NCBI GenBank assembly: GCA_963804435.1
Contig: CAWDQI010000002.1
Coordinates: 17,196 to 81,195, forward strand
Length of the DNA stretch: 64,000 nt
Source: an uncultured Actinomycetota bacterium
GTDB lineage: Bacteria; Actinomycetota; Actinomycetes; Streptosporangiales; Streptosporangiaceae
Direction: 5' to 3'
Of this stretch, positions 42,132-51,881 are shown in pieces. A program made the translations under genes and the position numbers. Every line of letters starts with the position of its first letter. Position 1 is the stretch's first letter. The notes below the pieces were generated by a model. That model ran no database searches and had not been told where the DNA came from. It saw only the letters and a list, made by a program, of their open reading frames with translations.

Positions 42132-42797
42132 TTGAGCTACACAAAGGGGATGGCCGACAGCCCGACGCCGGACGCGCAGGGAAATGCTCAGAGGGATGCG
42201 CGTGCCTCGCTGCGGGCCGAGCAAGTCGCGCAGACCAGGGCGGCCCTTGTTACCGCGGGCCGGCGGCTATTCGGGACCGCTGGTTTCGCCGCCACCTCGG
42301 TAGAGGACATCGCACGGGAAGCGCGTGTCACTACAGGCGCGCTCTACCACCACTTCCCGACCAAGACTGCCGTGTTCGAGGCCGTCTTCGAGCAGGTGCA
42401 CGCGGACATGCTCGATGCCTCCGTCCGGGCCGGGGCCGGCGCCCCAGGGCCAGTCGAGCTGCTCGCGGCGGCGATCGGAGCATTCCTGGATCAGGTAATG
42501 GAGCCCGAGGTTCAGCGGATCATCATCACCGATGCTCCGGCTGTCCTCGGGCTGTCCCGCTTCACCGAGCTCGACGAGCGATACGCGTACGCCGGGTTCG
42601 TCGCGGCCTTGCAGGCGGCCACTGACTCAGGAGCGCTCCGGGTCGACGACCCGGGCACTCTGGCAAGGTTGTTGCTCGGGGCACTGACCAGAGCCGGCCT
42701 GCTGATCGCCAGTTCGGCCCAGCCGAAGGCGACCAGGGATGCCGTGGCGGCCACGATGCAGTCGCTGATTAACGGCTTCGCGCAGCGGCCTGACTAA
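42132..42797 (+). CDS. TetR/AcrR family transcriptional regulator
   Basis: ALVTAGRRLFGTAGFAATSVEDIAREARVTTGALYHHFPTK (TetR HTH). An alternative ATG is at 42150. Confidence 0.85.
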   Translation: MSYTKGMADSPTPDAQGNAQRDARASLRAEQVAQTRAALVTAGRRLFGTAGFAATSVEDIAREARVTTGALYHHFPTKTAVFEAVFEQVHADMLDASVRAGAGAPGPVELLAAAIGAFLDQVMEPEVQRIIITDAPAVLGLSRFTELDERYAYAGFVAALQAATDSGALRVDDPGTLARLLLGALTRAGLLIASSAQPKATRDAVAATMQSLINGFAQRPD

Positions 42798-42832
42798 TTG
42801 CCGTAGTCAGTGCTCGGCGTGGCCGCAGCGGG

Positions 42833-44041
42833 TCAGCGGCCGCTCCGAGTCTGGCCGGCGTAACCGCCGCCGCCGTAACCTCCGCTGCCAGCCGCGCCGT
42901 CCTTGCCCGCGGAGGTCACCTTGAAGGTGCAGGTGGCCCCGTCGAAGGTACAACTGGTCGGACTGCTCGGGCTCCCGGTGCCGATTATCCAGAAGCTGAC
43001 TCGGTCGTGATCCCCGGCCCGGCCGAAGTCCACGTTAAACGGGCTGGCCGTGCCACCGTCGCCGATGGCCGACTGAACCCACTCAGCCCCGAATACGTCC
43101 CGTATCTGCGTACCCGGCAGCCGGAACGCCAGCTGCCAGGCACCCAGCGACCGACGGCCCGAGATGCTGATCACCGCGCCGAACGAGTCGTGCCTGTGCC
43201 ACATCACCGTGAAGGTGAGTGTCAGTCCCGCCCTGCCCTCGCTGGCACCGCCCGACCGCCCGGACCCGCGGCGCTCGTGCCTGGTCCGCAAGCGCTGCCC
43301 CGGCGCAGACGAGGCAAGGGAGCCTGAGCCTTTCCCGCCCGGCGTGACGCAGCCATGCAATCGGCAATGGATCGTCCCGATGGCGGAGGGAAACGTGATG
43401 CTCGCATGCGGCGAATACAGCCACATGCCCGCGGCGATCACAAAACCGGTGCTGGCCGCGAACCATGGCGTCAGCAGCAGCCCACGTACTGCACGGCTCA
43501 CCCGGCCGCCGCCGGGGCCCCGGCCCGCAGCGGGGCCGGCGCGAAAGGCAGGGACGCCGGATTGCGCATCGTAGCGGGCAGCGCGGCCGACAGGGCCGCC
43601 GCCAACGGAGGTGCCGCCAGGAACAGTGCCAGCAATGACAGTGCCATCAAGGGTGGCGTCATAAGAGGGGGCGCCATCAACAGTGGCGGCATAAGAGGAA
43701 GCGCCATCAACGGTGGCCTCATGACGGGCGGCCTCACGAGGGGCGATACGGGCCGGGCCCTGGTGGCTCACCGACGGCAACATGCGCTGGCCGCTGAGCA
43801 TGATCGGCACCGTCGGCGACAGGTCGGCCTCGGCGGCTGCCACGAACGCCGACCATGACAGCTCGAGCGCGGGCTGTGACGATCCCGTGACCGCCTGTGG
43901 CGTCCCTAGGCCCGCCGGTGGCGTCTTACCTGCCGGGTCAGGCGCTGGCTGCGCAGCATTCAGCCCGGCGCGACGGCTCGGACTCTCAGTACGCCGTTGC
44001 GCTCCGCGCCGTGGCACGCGCTCCTTGCGATGACTGGGCAT
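42833..44041 (-). CDS. single-pass membrane protein with C-terminal CBM2-like beta-sandwich domain and Gly/Tyr-rich tail
   Basis: TM segment LLLTPWFAASTGFVIAAGMWLY. C-terminus ...FGAVISISGRRSLGAWQLAFRLPGTQIRDVFGAEW...CTFDGATC resembles carbohydrate-binding module 2. N-terminal repeats ATVDGASSY/ATVDGAPSY. Confidence 0.5.
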   Translation of the reverse strand: MPSHRKERVPRRGAQRRTESPSRRAGLNAAQPAPDPAGKTPPAGLGTPQAVTGSSQPALELSWSAFVAAAEADLSPTVPIMLSGQRMLPSVSHQGPARIAPREAARHEATVDGASSYAATVDGAPSYDATLDGTVIAGTVPGGTSVGGGPVGRAARYDAQSGVPAFRAGPAAGRGPGGGRVSRAVRGLLLTPWFAASTGFVIAAGMWLYSPHASITFPSAIGTIHCRLHGCVTPGGKGSGSLASSAPGQRLRTRHERRGSGRSGGASEGRAGLTLTFTVMWHRHDSFGAVISISGRRSLGAWQLAFRLPGTQIRDVFGAEWVQSAIGDGGTASPFNVDFGRAGDHDRVSFWIIGTGSPSSPTSCTFDGATCTFKVTSAGKDGAAGSGGYGGGGYAGQTRSGR

Positions 44042-44116
44042 TCAAGGGGGTTATATCAACTGGCTCGGTGATCGGCCAGAGTCTTAGGAACTCGGCTATG
44101 CGCTGCCGCCCAATTG

Positions 44117-45097
44117 TTAACCCGGCCTTCGGAAATGATCCCAGCCCCCAGGCGCTTCCCAGGCGACTGAATCCACCAGGACGCCGTCTCCGGATCGGAC
44201 CTTGCCAATAACTACCCATGTCTCCGGCAACTGAGCCCGTTGATCGAACGTGGCTGCCAGAGCATGATCCTCGCCGCCAGTTAGCACCCACGGGAGCCAG
44301 TCGGTGCCAAGCCCCCCGGCGGCCAGTCGAAGCGCAGGTGCCACCGGCAGGCTGGCCGAACGAAGGTCGATGCATACGCCGCTATCGGCGGCGACGTGAC
44401 CAAGGTCTTGCACGAGCCCGTCGCTAATGTCGATCATGGCGGTGGCTCCGGCCGCCGCGGCCATCGGGCCGGCCGGGTACTCCGGCTGGGGCCGCCGGTG
44501 CGCGGCCACGAGTGCGGCCAGTTCCGGCCGCGCCCGAGCGGCCGTGAAGTTAACGCTTTCGGCGCCAGCCGTGAGCAAGGCTAGGCCGGCCGCGGACCAG
44601 CCGAGCCGGCCACACAGCGCTACCTTGTCTCCAGACTTAGCGCCACCCCTGGTGACCGGCGCGAGACCATCCAGGTTGCCGAGGGCCGTGAGCGCGAGCA
44701 TTACCGTGTCGGCGCTTGTCACGTCGCCGCCCACGATCGTCGCACCAGCGCGTTCGCACTCGGCAACAAGGCCGCGGGTGACGTCCAGTACCCACTCGGC
44801 CGGCAGCTCGCCGGGAACCGCGAGGCCGAACAGTAGCGCGCGCGGCCGCGCGCCCATCGCGGCGATGTCAGCGAAGTTCTGCGCAGCGGCTTTAACGCCG
44901 ACGTCCGGTGCCGCCGACCAGTCGCGACGGAAATGCCGGCCTTCGACAAGAAGATCCGTACTCGCCACAACTCGCCCGTCCGGAGTTGGCAGGACCGCGG
45001 CGTCGTCGCCCACGCCGACCACGGCCGCGTCGTCCGGCGGCAGCAGCGACCGGATCGCTGCGATCAGCCCGAACTCCCCGAGCTCGGCTACTGAAAT
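44117..45097 (-). CDS. thiL: thiamine-monophosphate kinase (apparent ATT start)
   Basis: ORF 44117..45022 plus 25 in-frame upstream codons (I)SVAELGEFGLIAAIRSLLPPDDAAV, which is the conserved ThiL N-terminus. GGGAGG sits 5 nt before the ATT at 45097. No ATG/GTG/TTG lies between the upstream TGA and 45022. Confidence 0.8.
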   Translation of the reverse strand: MSVAELGEFGLIAAIRSLLPPDDAAVVGVGDDAAVLPTPDGRVVASTDLLVEGRHFRRDWSAAPDVGVKAAAQNFADIAAMGARPRALLFGLAVPGELPAEWVLDVTRGLVAECERAGATIVGGDVTSADTVMLALTALGNLDGLAPVTRGGAKSGDKVALCGRLGWSAAGLALLTAGAESVNFTAARARPELAALVAAHRRPQPEYPAGPMAAAAGATAMIDISDGLVQDLGHVAADSGVCIDLRSASLPVAPALRLAAGGLGTDWLPWVLTGGEDHALAATFDQRAQLPETWVVIGKVRSGDGVLVDSVAWEAPGGWDHFRRPG

Positions 45098-45174
45098 GAC
45101 AGCCTCCCGGCTTGCAGATCACGGCGCGTCCCTACGATAGCGTTACGGTGACAACCGCGACGGTGGAGGGCGAC

Positions 45175-45408
45175 ATGGTGCAGGCGTACATTCTCGTCCA
45201 GACCGAGGTCGGGAAGGCAGCCGAGGTGGCCCTCGCCATCGGGCAGATCACCGGCGTCACCCAGGCCGATGACGTGACTGGGCCGTATGACGTGATCGTC
45301 AGGGCAGAGGCGGACAATGTCGATGACCTTGGCCGCCTGGTCGTCGCCCAGATCCAGGGCGTTTCCGGCATCACCAGAACGCTCACCTGCCCGATTGTGC
45401 ACATCTAG
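45175..45408 (+). CDS. Lrp/AsnC ligand-binding (ACT-like) domain protein
   Basis: GGAGGG sits 4 nt before the ATG at 45175. MVQAYILVQTEVGKAAEVALAIGQITGVTQADDVTGPYDVIV. Confidence 0.7.
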   Translation: MVQAYILVQTEVGKAAEVALAIGQITGVTQADDVTGPYDVIVRAEADNVDDLGRLVVAQIQGVSGITRTLTCPIVHI

Positions 45409-45455
45409 GCCAGGGTTCGCAGGCCGGGCTGGGCAGGCTGCGCGTCGCCCGATGG

Positions 45456-46121
45456 TCAGTACGGTATGCCGCCAGCCCTCGTTAGCACCGCTAGGGTCCG
45501 CGGGCCGAGCCCGATAGCTGCGGCCTCGCGCAGGTCATTGACGGTGTCCACGTCCCGCTGCAGGCCCGGCGCAAGGTCTCCGAGGTCTAGTTCGAGCGCG
45601 CCCCCGGCCACGTGCCGGTCCCGCGACCCCACTCCGAACTCCGGCCGGAAATCGGCACCAGGCCCGGCGGCGTACAACGTCGTGCCGGTGCCGTCCGCGT
45701 CCGGCACGAATGCGCTGCGGTTGCCGGCCGCCGCGAACGCCGCGTCGAGCTCGGCGGGCCGCAGTGCGGGAAGATCGCCTGCCAGCGCGGCCCGGCCACG
45801 GTCCGGCCAGTTGGCCAGCGAGTGGGCCGCGCCGTGCCCAAGTGCGGCGTTCAGGCCGGCGCCCGGAAGGTCCGGCAGCACGATGGCGCCAAGTCCGGCC
45901 GCGATATCGCCGACCGCCACGTCATCGGTGACCACGAGTACGTCAGCGACGCTGAGCGCTGCCACTGCCGCCGCGATCGTGTCGCCCGCCATGGCAAGGG
46001 CGAGCTCGGCGCGGAGCTGACCTGCAAGGCCGCTGAGTCGCGATTTGGCCTGAGCAAGTACTTTGACGGGGATCACGAGCGACCAGCTCAACGCTCCGGA
46101 GTTTTCGGATGCCATGAACAT
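45456..46121 (-). CDS. fbiD: 2-phospho-L-lactate/phosphoenolpyruvate guanylyltransferase (F420 biosynthesis)
   Basis: WSLVIPVKVLAQAKSRL...AGDLPALRPAELD...PDADGTGTT. It neighbours gpsA and ddl as in mycobacteria. The start could be 46178. Confidence 0.7.
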   Translation of the reverse strand: MFMASENSGALSWSLVIPVKVLAQAKSRLSGLAGQLRAELALAMAGDTIAAAVAALSVADVLVVTDDVAVGDIAAGLGAIVLPDLPGAGLNAALGHGAAHSLANWPDRGRAALAGDLPALRPAELDAAFAAAGNRSAFVPDADGTGTTLYAAGPGADFRPEFGVGSRDRHVAGGALELDLGDLAPGLQRDVDTVNDLREAAAIGLGPRTLAVLTRAGGIPY

Positions 46122-46207
46122 GATCCTCCCGCGACGCCTCGACACCGCGTCGCGGGACCGGACAGACTGAGCAGTCACTGGCCACCGTTACGGGCGGGAG
46201 GGAAGCG

Positions 46208-47158
46208 ATGCCGGGCAAGAAAGCGCACAAGCCGGCCGATGGCAGCTACTCCAACGCGTGGCGGAACGTGTCCAAGATCATCCTTCGGCCGGGAATCCGG
46301 ATGATGATGCGGTTGGACTGGCGTGGTCAGGAACACATCCCGGCCGCCGGCGCCACGCTTCTGGCTGCCAACCACCTGTCCTATATGGACATCTTCGCCA
46401 TCTCGCTGTTCGCCGACAGCGCCGGCCGGTACCCGGTCTTCCTGGCAAAGTCATCCCTGTTCACGATCCCGGTGGTCGGGACGATCATCGGCAGGCTCGG
46501 CCAGCTGCCGGTCTACCGGGGTCAGACCGACTCGGCCCTGGTACTCAAGCAAGCTGAGATGGTGGCTAACAACGGCGCGTGCGTGATTTTCTATCCCGAG
46601 GCTACCGTGACCAGGGACCCGGAGCAGTGGCCCATGGTCGCCAAGACAGGCGTGGCCAGGCTTGCCCTGGAGACCGGTGCCCCGGTGGTCCCGATTGCGC
46701 ACTGGGGCGCGCAGAGGATCCTGCCGTACGGCAAGTACATGCCGAAGTTCCTGCCGCGCAAGACCGTTCAGATCGTCGCCGGCCCGCCGGTTGACCTGTC
46801 CGAGTTCGCCGGCCAGCCGCTGAACAACCGGGTGCTGCGCGCCGCCACCGACAAGATCATGGCCGACATCGCCGCGTTGCTGGGCGGGTTGCGCGGACTG
46901 ACCCCGCCAGCCGAGCCGTTCCATCCCGCGGTGGCCCGCCGCAAGCTGCGCCAGGAGATGCGCGCGCTGGCCGGCAGCCCGGACGCGATCAACGGCAGCC
47001 GCGCCTCAGCCGATACCAGCCACAACCCCGCCGACACCGCCCACAACCCCGCCGACGCCAGCGACGGGCCGCCGCCGGCCCGCCCGACTCGTGAGAGCTG
47101 CTGTGCTCGGCGCCGGGGCCTGGGGCACGACGTTCGCCCAGGTGCTATCCGACGCTGA
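46208..47158 (+). CDS. plsC: 1-acyl-sn-glycerol-3-phosphate acyltransferase
   Basis: [13 protein letters not shown] (HX4D variant NHxxxxD), [12 protein letters not shown]. The low-complexity tail has a 21-bp tandem repeat ([14 protein letters not shown]) and overlaps gpsA. Confidence 0.8.
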   Translation: MPGKKAHKPADGSYSNAWRNVSKIILRPGIRMMMRLDWRGQEHIPAAGATLLAANHLSYMDIFAISLFADSAGRYPVFLAKSSLFTIPVVGTIIGRLGQLPVYRGQTDSALVLKQAEMVANNGACVIFYPEATVTRDPEQWPMVAKTGVARLALETGAPVVPIAHWGAQRILPYGKYMPKFLPRKTVQIVAGPPVDLSEFAGQPLNNRVLRAATDKIMADIAALLGGLRGLTPPAEPFHPAVARRKLRQEMRALAGSPDAINGSRASADTSHNPADTAHNPADASDGPPPARPTRESCCARRRGLGHDVRPGAIRR

Positions 47159-48095
47159 GACGCCGGTGGTGCTCTGGTGCCGGCGACCGGAACTGGCAGA
47201 GGTCATCAACGCCGACCACCGTTCGCCTGACTACCTGGCGGGCGTTTCCCTGCCCGCGACGCTTCGGGCCACCGCCGACCCGAGCGAGGCGCTGGCCGAA
47301 GCCGAGCTGGTGGTGCTGGCCGTGCCGGCCCAGACGCTCCGCCCGAACCTGACAGCATGGCAGCACCTGATCCCGCCGGGCGCACTGCTCGTCAGCCTGA
47401 TGAAGGGCATCGAGGTCGGCACTGGCGACCGGATGAGCCAGGTCATCGCCGAGATCACCGGAGCCGGACCAGACCGGATCGCAGTCGTCTCCGGGCCGAA
47501 CCTGGCGCCGGAAATCGCCGCCCGGCAGTACAGCGCGTCGGTGGTAGCGTGCGCTGACGAGAACGTTGCCGGTCAGCTGCAGAAGGCCTGTCATACCGGT
47601 TACTTCCGCCCCTACACCAATCCCGACGTGGTGGGCTGCGAGCTCGGCGGCGCGGTGAAGAATGTGATTGCGCTGGCGGTCGGAATCTCTGTCGGCATGG
47701 GGCTGGGCGACAACACCAAGGCCATGCTGATCACTAGGGGGCTAGCCGAGATGGCCAGGCTCGGGGCCGCGCTCGGCGCGGACTCGCACACCTTCTCCGG
47801 CCTGGCCGGCCTGGGTGACCTGGTTGCGACCTGCAGTTCGCCGATGTCGCGAAACCGGAGCTTCGGCGAGAAGCTCGGCCGCGGGATGCCGCTCGCCGAT
47901 GTGCTAGCCAGCACCAACCGGGTGGCCGAGGGCGTCCAGTCAGCCAGGTCCGTGTTCCAGCTGGCCAGCGAGCACGGCGTGGAGATGCCGATCACGGAAG
48001 TGATCTTGGGGGTCTTGCATGAGGGCCTCGACATCGGCCAGGCGGTACTGCTGCTAGCCAGCAGGAGCGCCAAGCCGGAGCGCTATGGCGTCTGA
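47091..48095 (+). CDS. gpsA: NAD(P)H-dependent glycerol-3-phosphate dehydrogenase
   Basis: [32 protein letters not shown]. Confidence 0.9.
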   Translation: MRAAVLGAGAWGTTFAQVLSDAETPVVLWCRRPELAEVINADHRSPDYLAGVSLPATLRATADPSEALAEAELVVLAVPAQTLRPNLTAWQHLIPPGALLVSLMKGIEVGTGDRMSQVIAEITGAGPDRIAVVSGPNLAPEIAARQYSASVVACADENVAGQLQKACHTGYFRPYTNPDVVGCELGGAVKNVIALAVGISVGMGLGDNTKAMLITRGLAEMARLGAALGADSHTFSGLAGLGDLVATCSSPMSRNRSFGEKLGRGMPLADVLASTNRVAEGVQSARSVFQLASEHGVEMPITEVILGVLHEGLDIGQAVLLLASRSAKPERYGV

Positions 48096-49284
48096 TCATC
48101 GGGCAATGCACGAAAGACGGGTACTGGAGGAAGCGGTGAGCGAGCAGCGCAAAATCAGGGTGGCGGTCGTTTTCGGCGGCCGCGGGCCCGAGCACCCGGT
48201 GTCCTGCCTGGGCGGGGGGAACATGCTCGGCGCCATCGACCGGGACCGGTACGAGGTCGTCCCGATCGGCATCACGACCGAGGGTAACTGGGTCCAGGTG
48301 GCCGATGCGCCCGAGCGTCTCGCTGTCACCCGCGGCCAGCTGCCGACTGTTGCCGCAGTTGCCGAACCTGGCTCCGCCGTGGTGCCGTGGTCCGGCGGCG
48401 GCGTGGTGTCCAGTGCGCCCGCTCAGATCCCGCACCTGTTCGGGGAAGTCGACGTGGTGCTGCCGGTCCTGCACGGCCCGTTTGGCGAGGACGGCACTAT
48501 CCAGGGACTGCTGGAGATGGCCGGCGTTCCGTATGTCGGGGCCGGAGTGCTGGCCAGCGCAGTCAGCATGGACAAGGAGTACATGAACCTGATCTTCCAG
48601 GCGAAGGGCCTGCCGGTCGGGCCGTATGTCGCTATCAGCGAGCGCGACTGGCCGGGAGTCACGGCGGCCGAGATCCGGGCAGCCGCCGATTCGGTGCAAG
48701 CCAAGCGGACGGTCGACGAGATCGCGGCGCTCGGCTGGCCCTTGTTCATCAAGCCGGCCAGAGGCGGGTCGAGCATCGGCACCACGAAGGCGCGCGATCT
48801 GGCGGAACTGCACGAGGCCATCGCCACCGCCCGCCAATACGACCCGAAGATCCTGGTTGAGGCAGCTATCGACGGCGTCGAGGTGGAGGTGTCGGTGCTG
48901 CAGGGCATCGACGGCGCGCCGCCAGACACCAGCATGCCGGGCCAGCTGGACGTCGGCGGCGAGGAGTTCTACGACTTCGACACCAAGTACTCCGAGTCCG
49001 CGAGCAAGATGCTGATCCCTGCGCCGCTGCCGGACAGCGTCCTCGCGGAGATCCGCCGGCTGGCCGCTGCGGCCTTCGACGCGGTGTCCTGCGAAGGGCT
49101 TGCGCGCGTCGACTTCTTCTACACTTCCGGCGGCCAGATTCTGGTCAACGAGATCAACACCATGCCAGGCCTGTCGCCCACGTCCTACTTCCAGAAGATG
49201 TGGGAGACGAGCGGATTGCCGTTCCCGCAGCTGGTCGACAGGCTGCTGCAGACGGCCCTGAAGAAGCGGCCAGGCTTGCGCTAG
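48085..49284 (+). CDS. ddl: D-alanine--D-alanine ligase
   Basis: [44 protein letters not shown]. The true start may be the GTG near 48139. Confidence 0.9.
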   Translation: MASDHRAMHERRVLEEAVSEQRKIRVAVVFGGRGPEHPVSCLGGGNMLGAIDRDRYEVVPIGITTEGNWVQVADAPERLAVTRGQLPTVAAVAEPGSAVVPWSGGGVVSSAPAQIPHLFGEVDVVLPVLHGPFGEDGTIQGLLEMAGVPYVGAGVLASAVSMDKEYMNLIFQAKGLPVGPYVAISERDWPGVTAAEIRAAADSVQAKRTVDEIAALGWPLFIKPARGGSSIGTTKARDLAELHEAIATARQYDPKILVEAAIDGVEVEVSVLQGIDGAPPDTSMPGQLDVGGEEFYDFDTKYSESASKMLIPAPLPDSVLAEIRRLAAAAFDAVSCEGLARVDFFYTSGGQILVNEINTMPGLSPTSYFQKMWETSGLPFPQLVDRLLQTALKKRPGLR

Positions 49285-49388
49285 CCTAGCCGCCGGCCGA
49301 CTCGCAGGATTCCGGCAAACGCCAACGTGATAGCGCCCAGGCGGGCGGCCCGGCTGGACCACCCGCCCGGTCTCGCCGAGTTGCGCGC

Positions 49389-49667
49389 CTACTTCTTTGA
49401 GTTGACCATGGCCTTGAAATCGGCGCCCGCACGGAATTTGGGTACCGCGTGCTTGGGCACCTTGATGGACGCGCCGGTGGCCGGATTGCGCGCAGTGCGG
49501 GCCGGCCTGACCTGCTTCTCGAAAACGCCGAATCCAGTGATCGACACTTTGTCGCCACGCGCGACTGTTGCCTGGATTGTGTCGAGGACGGCGTTGACCG
49601 CCTCGGCTGCGGTCTTCTTATCCCCCATGCGGCCAGAAACTGCGTCGACCAGGTCACGCTTGTTCAT
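49389..49667 (-). CDS. hup: HU family nucleoid-associated protein (short form)
   Basis: MNKRDLVDAV...ITGFGVFEKQVRPARTARNPATGASIKVP. Confidence 0.9.
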   Translation of the reverse strand: MNKRDLVDAVSGRMGDKKTAAEAVNAVLDTIQATVARGDKVSITGFGVFEKQVRPARTARNPATGASIKVPKHAVPKFRAGADFKAMVNSKK

Positions 49668-49848
49668 CTACTCACTCCTGCGGTTCCCCCAAGTGGGAGG
49701 TCGCGCGGACCGGGAAGCCTGGCTCGCGACCTCTGCTGGCCCTGAAAGTATGGGCTCAACCGTCATCGTACAAACACCTTCGGAATGACGGCATTCGTGT
49801 AGGCGCTTAGCGGATTCCGGGCCGGCGCACGGACGTTAACCGGGAGTA

Positions 49849-50181
49849 TTATGAATTGTCATCCTGCTTTGCACATCCCGGAAATTTGGCCGCAGCCTTT
49901 TCGAGCGTTGCCAGGAACGCCGCCAGCCGGCGCTCGCCGAAAACTTCGTCGGCGCCGGCTGCTTTCACGGCGTCGCAGACTGCTATGAACTGGCGGTGCA
50001 GCCGGGCCGCCAGCGGCAGCGGCAGGTCGAGTCCCGCCAGCCGGCTGCGAGCCTCGGCCAGGCTGTCCGCCAGCGCGCTGCACGCCATCGCGTCCCGCCG
50101 TGGTGGCGGCGAAAAGTCGGGCATCACGTCCCCCAGGTTGGCACGCAAAACCATACGCCCAGGTTCAGGGCCCTCGGCCAT
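49849..50181 (-). CDS. hypothetical protein
   Basis: 110-aa ORF with high third-position GC in this frame. No recognisable motif. An antisense ORF 49856..50188 competes with it. Confidence 0.4.
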   Translation of the reverse strand: MAEGPEPGRMVLRANLGDVMPDFSPPPRRDAMACSALADSLAEARSRLAGLDLPLPLAARLHRQFIAVCDAVKAAGADEVFGERRLAAFLATLEKAAAKFPGCAKQDDNS

Positions 50182-50293
50182 CGGGTGATCCGGCCCACCG
50201 CGCCGCTGGCAGCATGACGGTACTGTCCATACTTGAGACTGCGGCCCGGCGGTAGGCCGCCATCAAGCCCCGGCCACCGAGCGAGGTCTGTTC

Positions 50294-51451
50294 ATGAAGG
50301 TATCCGTGGTCAAGGAGACCGCGCCTGGCGAGCGCAGGGTTGCGCTCGTGCCCGAGGCCGTCGTCAAGCTGCGCGCTTCGGGCCTGGAACTGCTCGTGGA
50401 GACCCAGGCCGGCGCCGGAGCGTGGGTCAACGACGACGCCTACGCCCAAGCGGGCGCCAGCGTGGTCAGCAAGTCGGAGGCGTTGTCGGCCGACGTCGTG
50501 CTCATGGTCGGCAAGCCCGACTCCTCCATGGTGGCCGCACTTCGTCCGGGCCAGGTCCTCATCGGCATGCTGTCCCCGCTGGCCGATCGTGACCTCGCCC
50601 GCAGCCTGGCCGGGGCCGGGGTTACCGCGCTGAGCATGGACATGATCCCGCGCACGTTGCCCCGGGCTCAGCCGATGGACGTGCTGTCGTCGCAGGCCAA
50701 CATCGCGGGATACAAAGCGGCTGTGCTCGCGGCGGCCGAGTATGGCCGGTTCTTCCCGCTGCTCATCACCGCGGCCGGTACGGCCCGGCTGGCCAAGGTG
50801 CTCGTGCTCGGCACCGGCGTGGCCGGGCTCCAGGCCATCGGCACCGCCCGCAGGCTCGGCGCGGTGGTCAGCGCCTACGATGTCCGGCCGGAGACCAGGG
50901 CCGAGGCGGAGTCGGTCGGCGCGACGTTCATCGAGCTAACCTCGGTGGGCCAAGCGTCGGGCGAGGGCGGCTACGCCCGCGCGCTGACCGAGGAGGAGCG
51001 CCTGGCGCAGCAGCAGGAACTGGCCGCCCACATCGCCAGGCACGACGTCGTGATCACCACTGCCCAGGTGCCGGGGCGGCGGCCGCCGCTGCTGGTCACC
51101 GACGACGCCCTCAAGGAGATGACGCCCGGCTCGGTGATCGTGGACATGGGGGCTAGCCCGCTCGGCGGCAACGCGGCGGGCTCGGTGCCCGGCCAGACGG
51201 TGGTGACCGAGAACGGGGTCACCATCATCGGGGCATCCGCGCTGCCATCGACGATGCCGGCCGCGGCGTCCGCCATGTACGCGCGCAACCTCAGCGCCCT
51301 GCTGGCCTACCTGGTCAAGGACGGCGAGCTGGCGTTCGACCCGGCGGACGAGCTGCAGGCCGGAGTCATCATCACCCGGGACGGCAAAGTCGTCCACCCC
51401 GCGCTAGCCCAAGAAGGAGCTGCCCGTGACGTACCCGGCTCTGCTAGTTGA
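50294..51451 (+). CDS. pntAA: NAD(P) transhydrogenase subunit alpha part 1
   Basis: VLVLGTGVAGLQAIGTARRLGA (Rossmann motif) and an alanine dehydrogenase/PNT N-terminal pattern. Confidence 0.9.
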   Translation: MKVSVVKETAPGERRVALVPEAVVKLRASGLELLVETQAGAGAWVNDDAYAQAGASVVSKSEALSADVVLMVGKPDSSMVAALRPGQVLIGMLSPLADRDLARSLAGAGVTALSMDMIPRTLPRAQPMDVLSSQANIAGYKAAVLAAAEYGRFFPLLITAAGTARLAKVLVLGTGVAGLQAIGTARRLGAVVSAYDVRPETRAEAESVGATFIELTSVGQASGEGGYARALTEEERLAQQQELAAHIARHDVVITTAQVPGRRPPLLVTDDALKEMTPGSVIVDMGASPLGGNAAGSVPGQTVVTENGVTIIGASALPSTMPAAASAMYARNLSALLAYLVKDGELAFDPADELQAGVIITRDGKVVHPALAQEGAARDVPGSAS

Positions 51452-51881
51452 TGTCGCCATCTTCGTCCTGAGCCTGTGGGTGGGCTTGGAGGTCATTAGC
51501 AAGGTGCCCGCGACGTTGCACACGCCGCTGATGTCCGCGGCGAACTCGATCCACGGGATCGTGCTGGCCGGGGCCATGCTGATCGCGGTGACCGCGGATA
51601 ACGCGCTCGGCTACGTGATCGCGTTCGTGGCCGCGGCCTTCGCCGCCATGAACGTCGTGGGCGGCTACGTGGTCACCGGCCGCATGCTGAAGATGTTCAG
51701 GAAGCGGCCGACAGTGCCGGCAGCGGCCGCTGGGGCGGCCCCGGCAGCGGTGTCAGCCGCCGCGAACGGAGCGGGCCAGCAAGTCGGCAACGCCCAGGGC
51801 CGCCAGGCCCAGGCCAGCAGGCCTCAGGGCGGCAAGGCTCAGGACGGCACGGCTCAGGACGGCAAGGGACGATCGGCATGA
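51426..51881 (+). CDS. pntAB: NAD(P) transhydrogenase subunit alpha part 2 (membrane), with low-complexity tail of about 55 aa
   Basis: HTPLMSAANSIHGIVLAG, NVVGGYVVTGRML, then an Ala/Gln/Gly-rich extension. It overlaps both neighbours. Confidence 0.85.
   Translation: MTYPALLVDVAIFVLSLWVGLEVISKVPATLHTPLMSAANSIHGIVLAGAMLIAVTADNALGYVIAFVAAAFAAMNVVGGYVVTGRMLKMFRKRPTVPAAAAGAAPAAVSAAANGAGQQVGNAQGRQAQASRPQGGKAQDGTAQDGKGRSA

Noticed and set aside
40448-45110. TPP riboswitch near thiD or thiL
   Set aside because: The upstream regions are only about 45 and 15-75 nt long, and they lack the CUGAGA/ACCUGA core I would expect.
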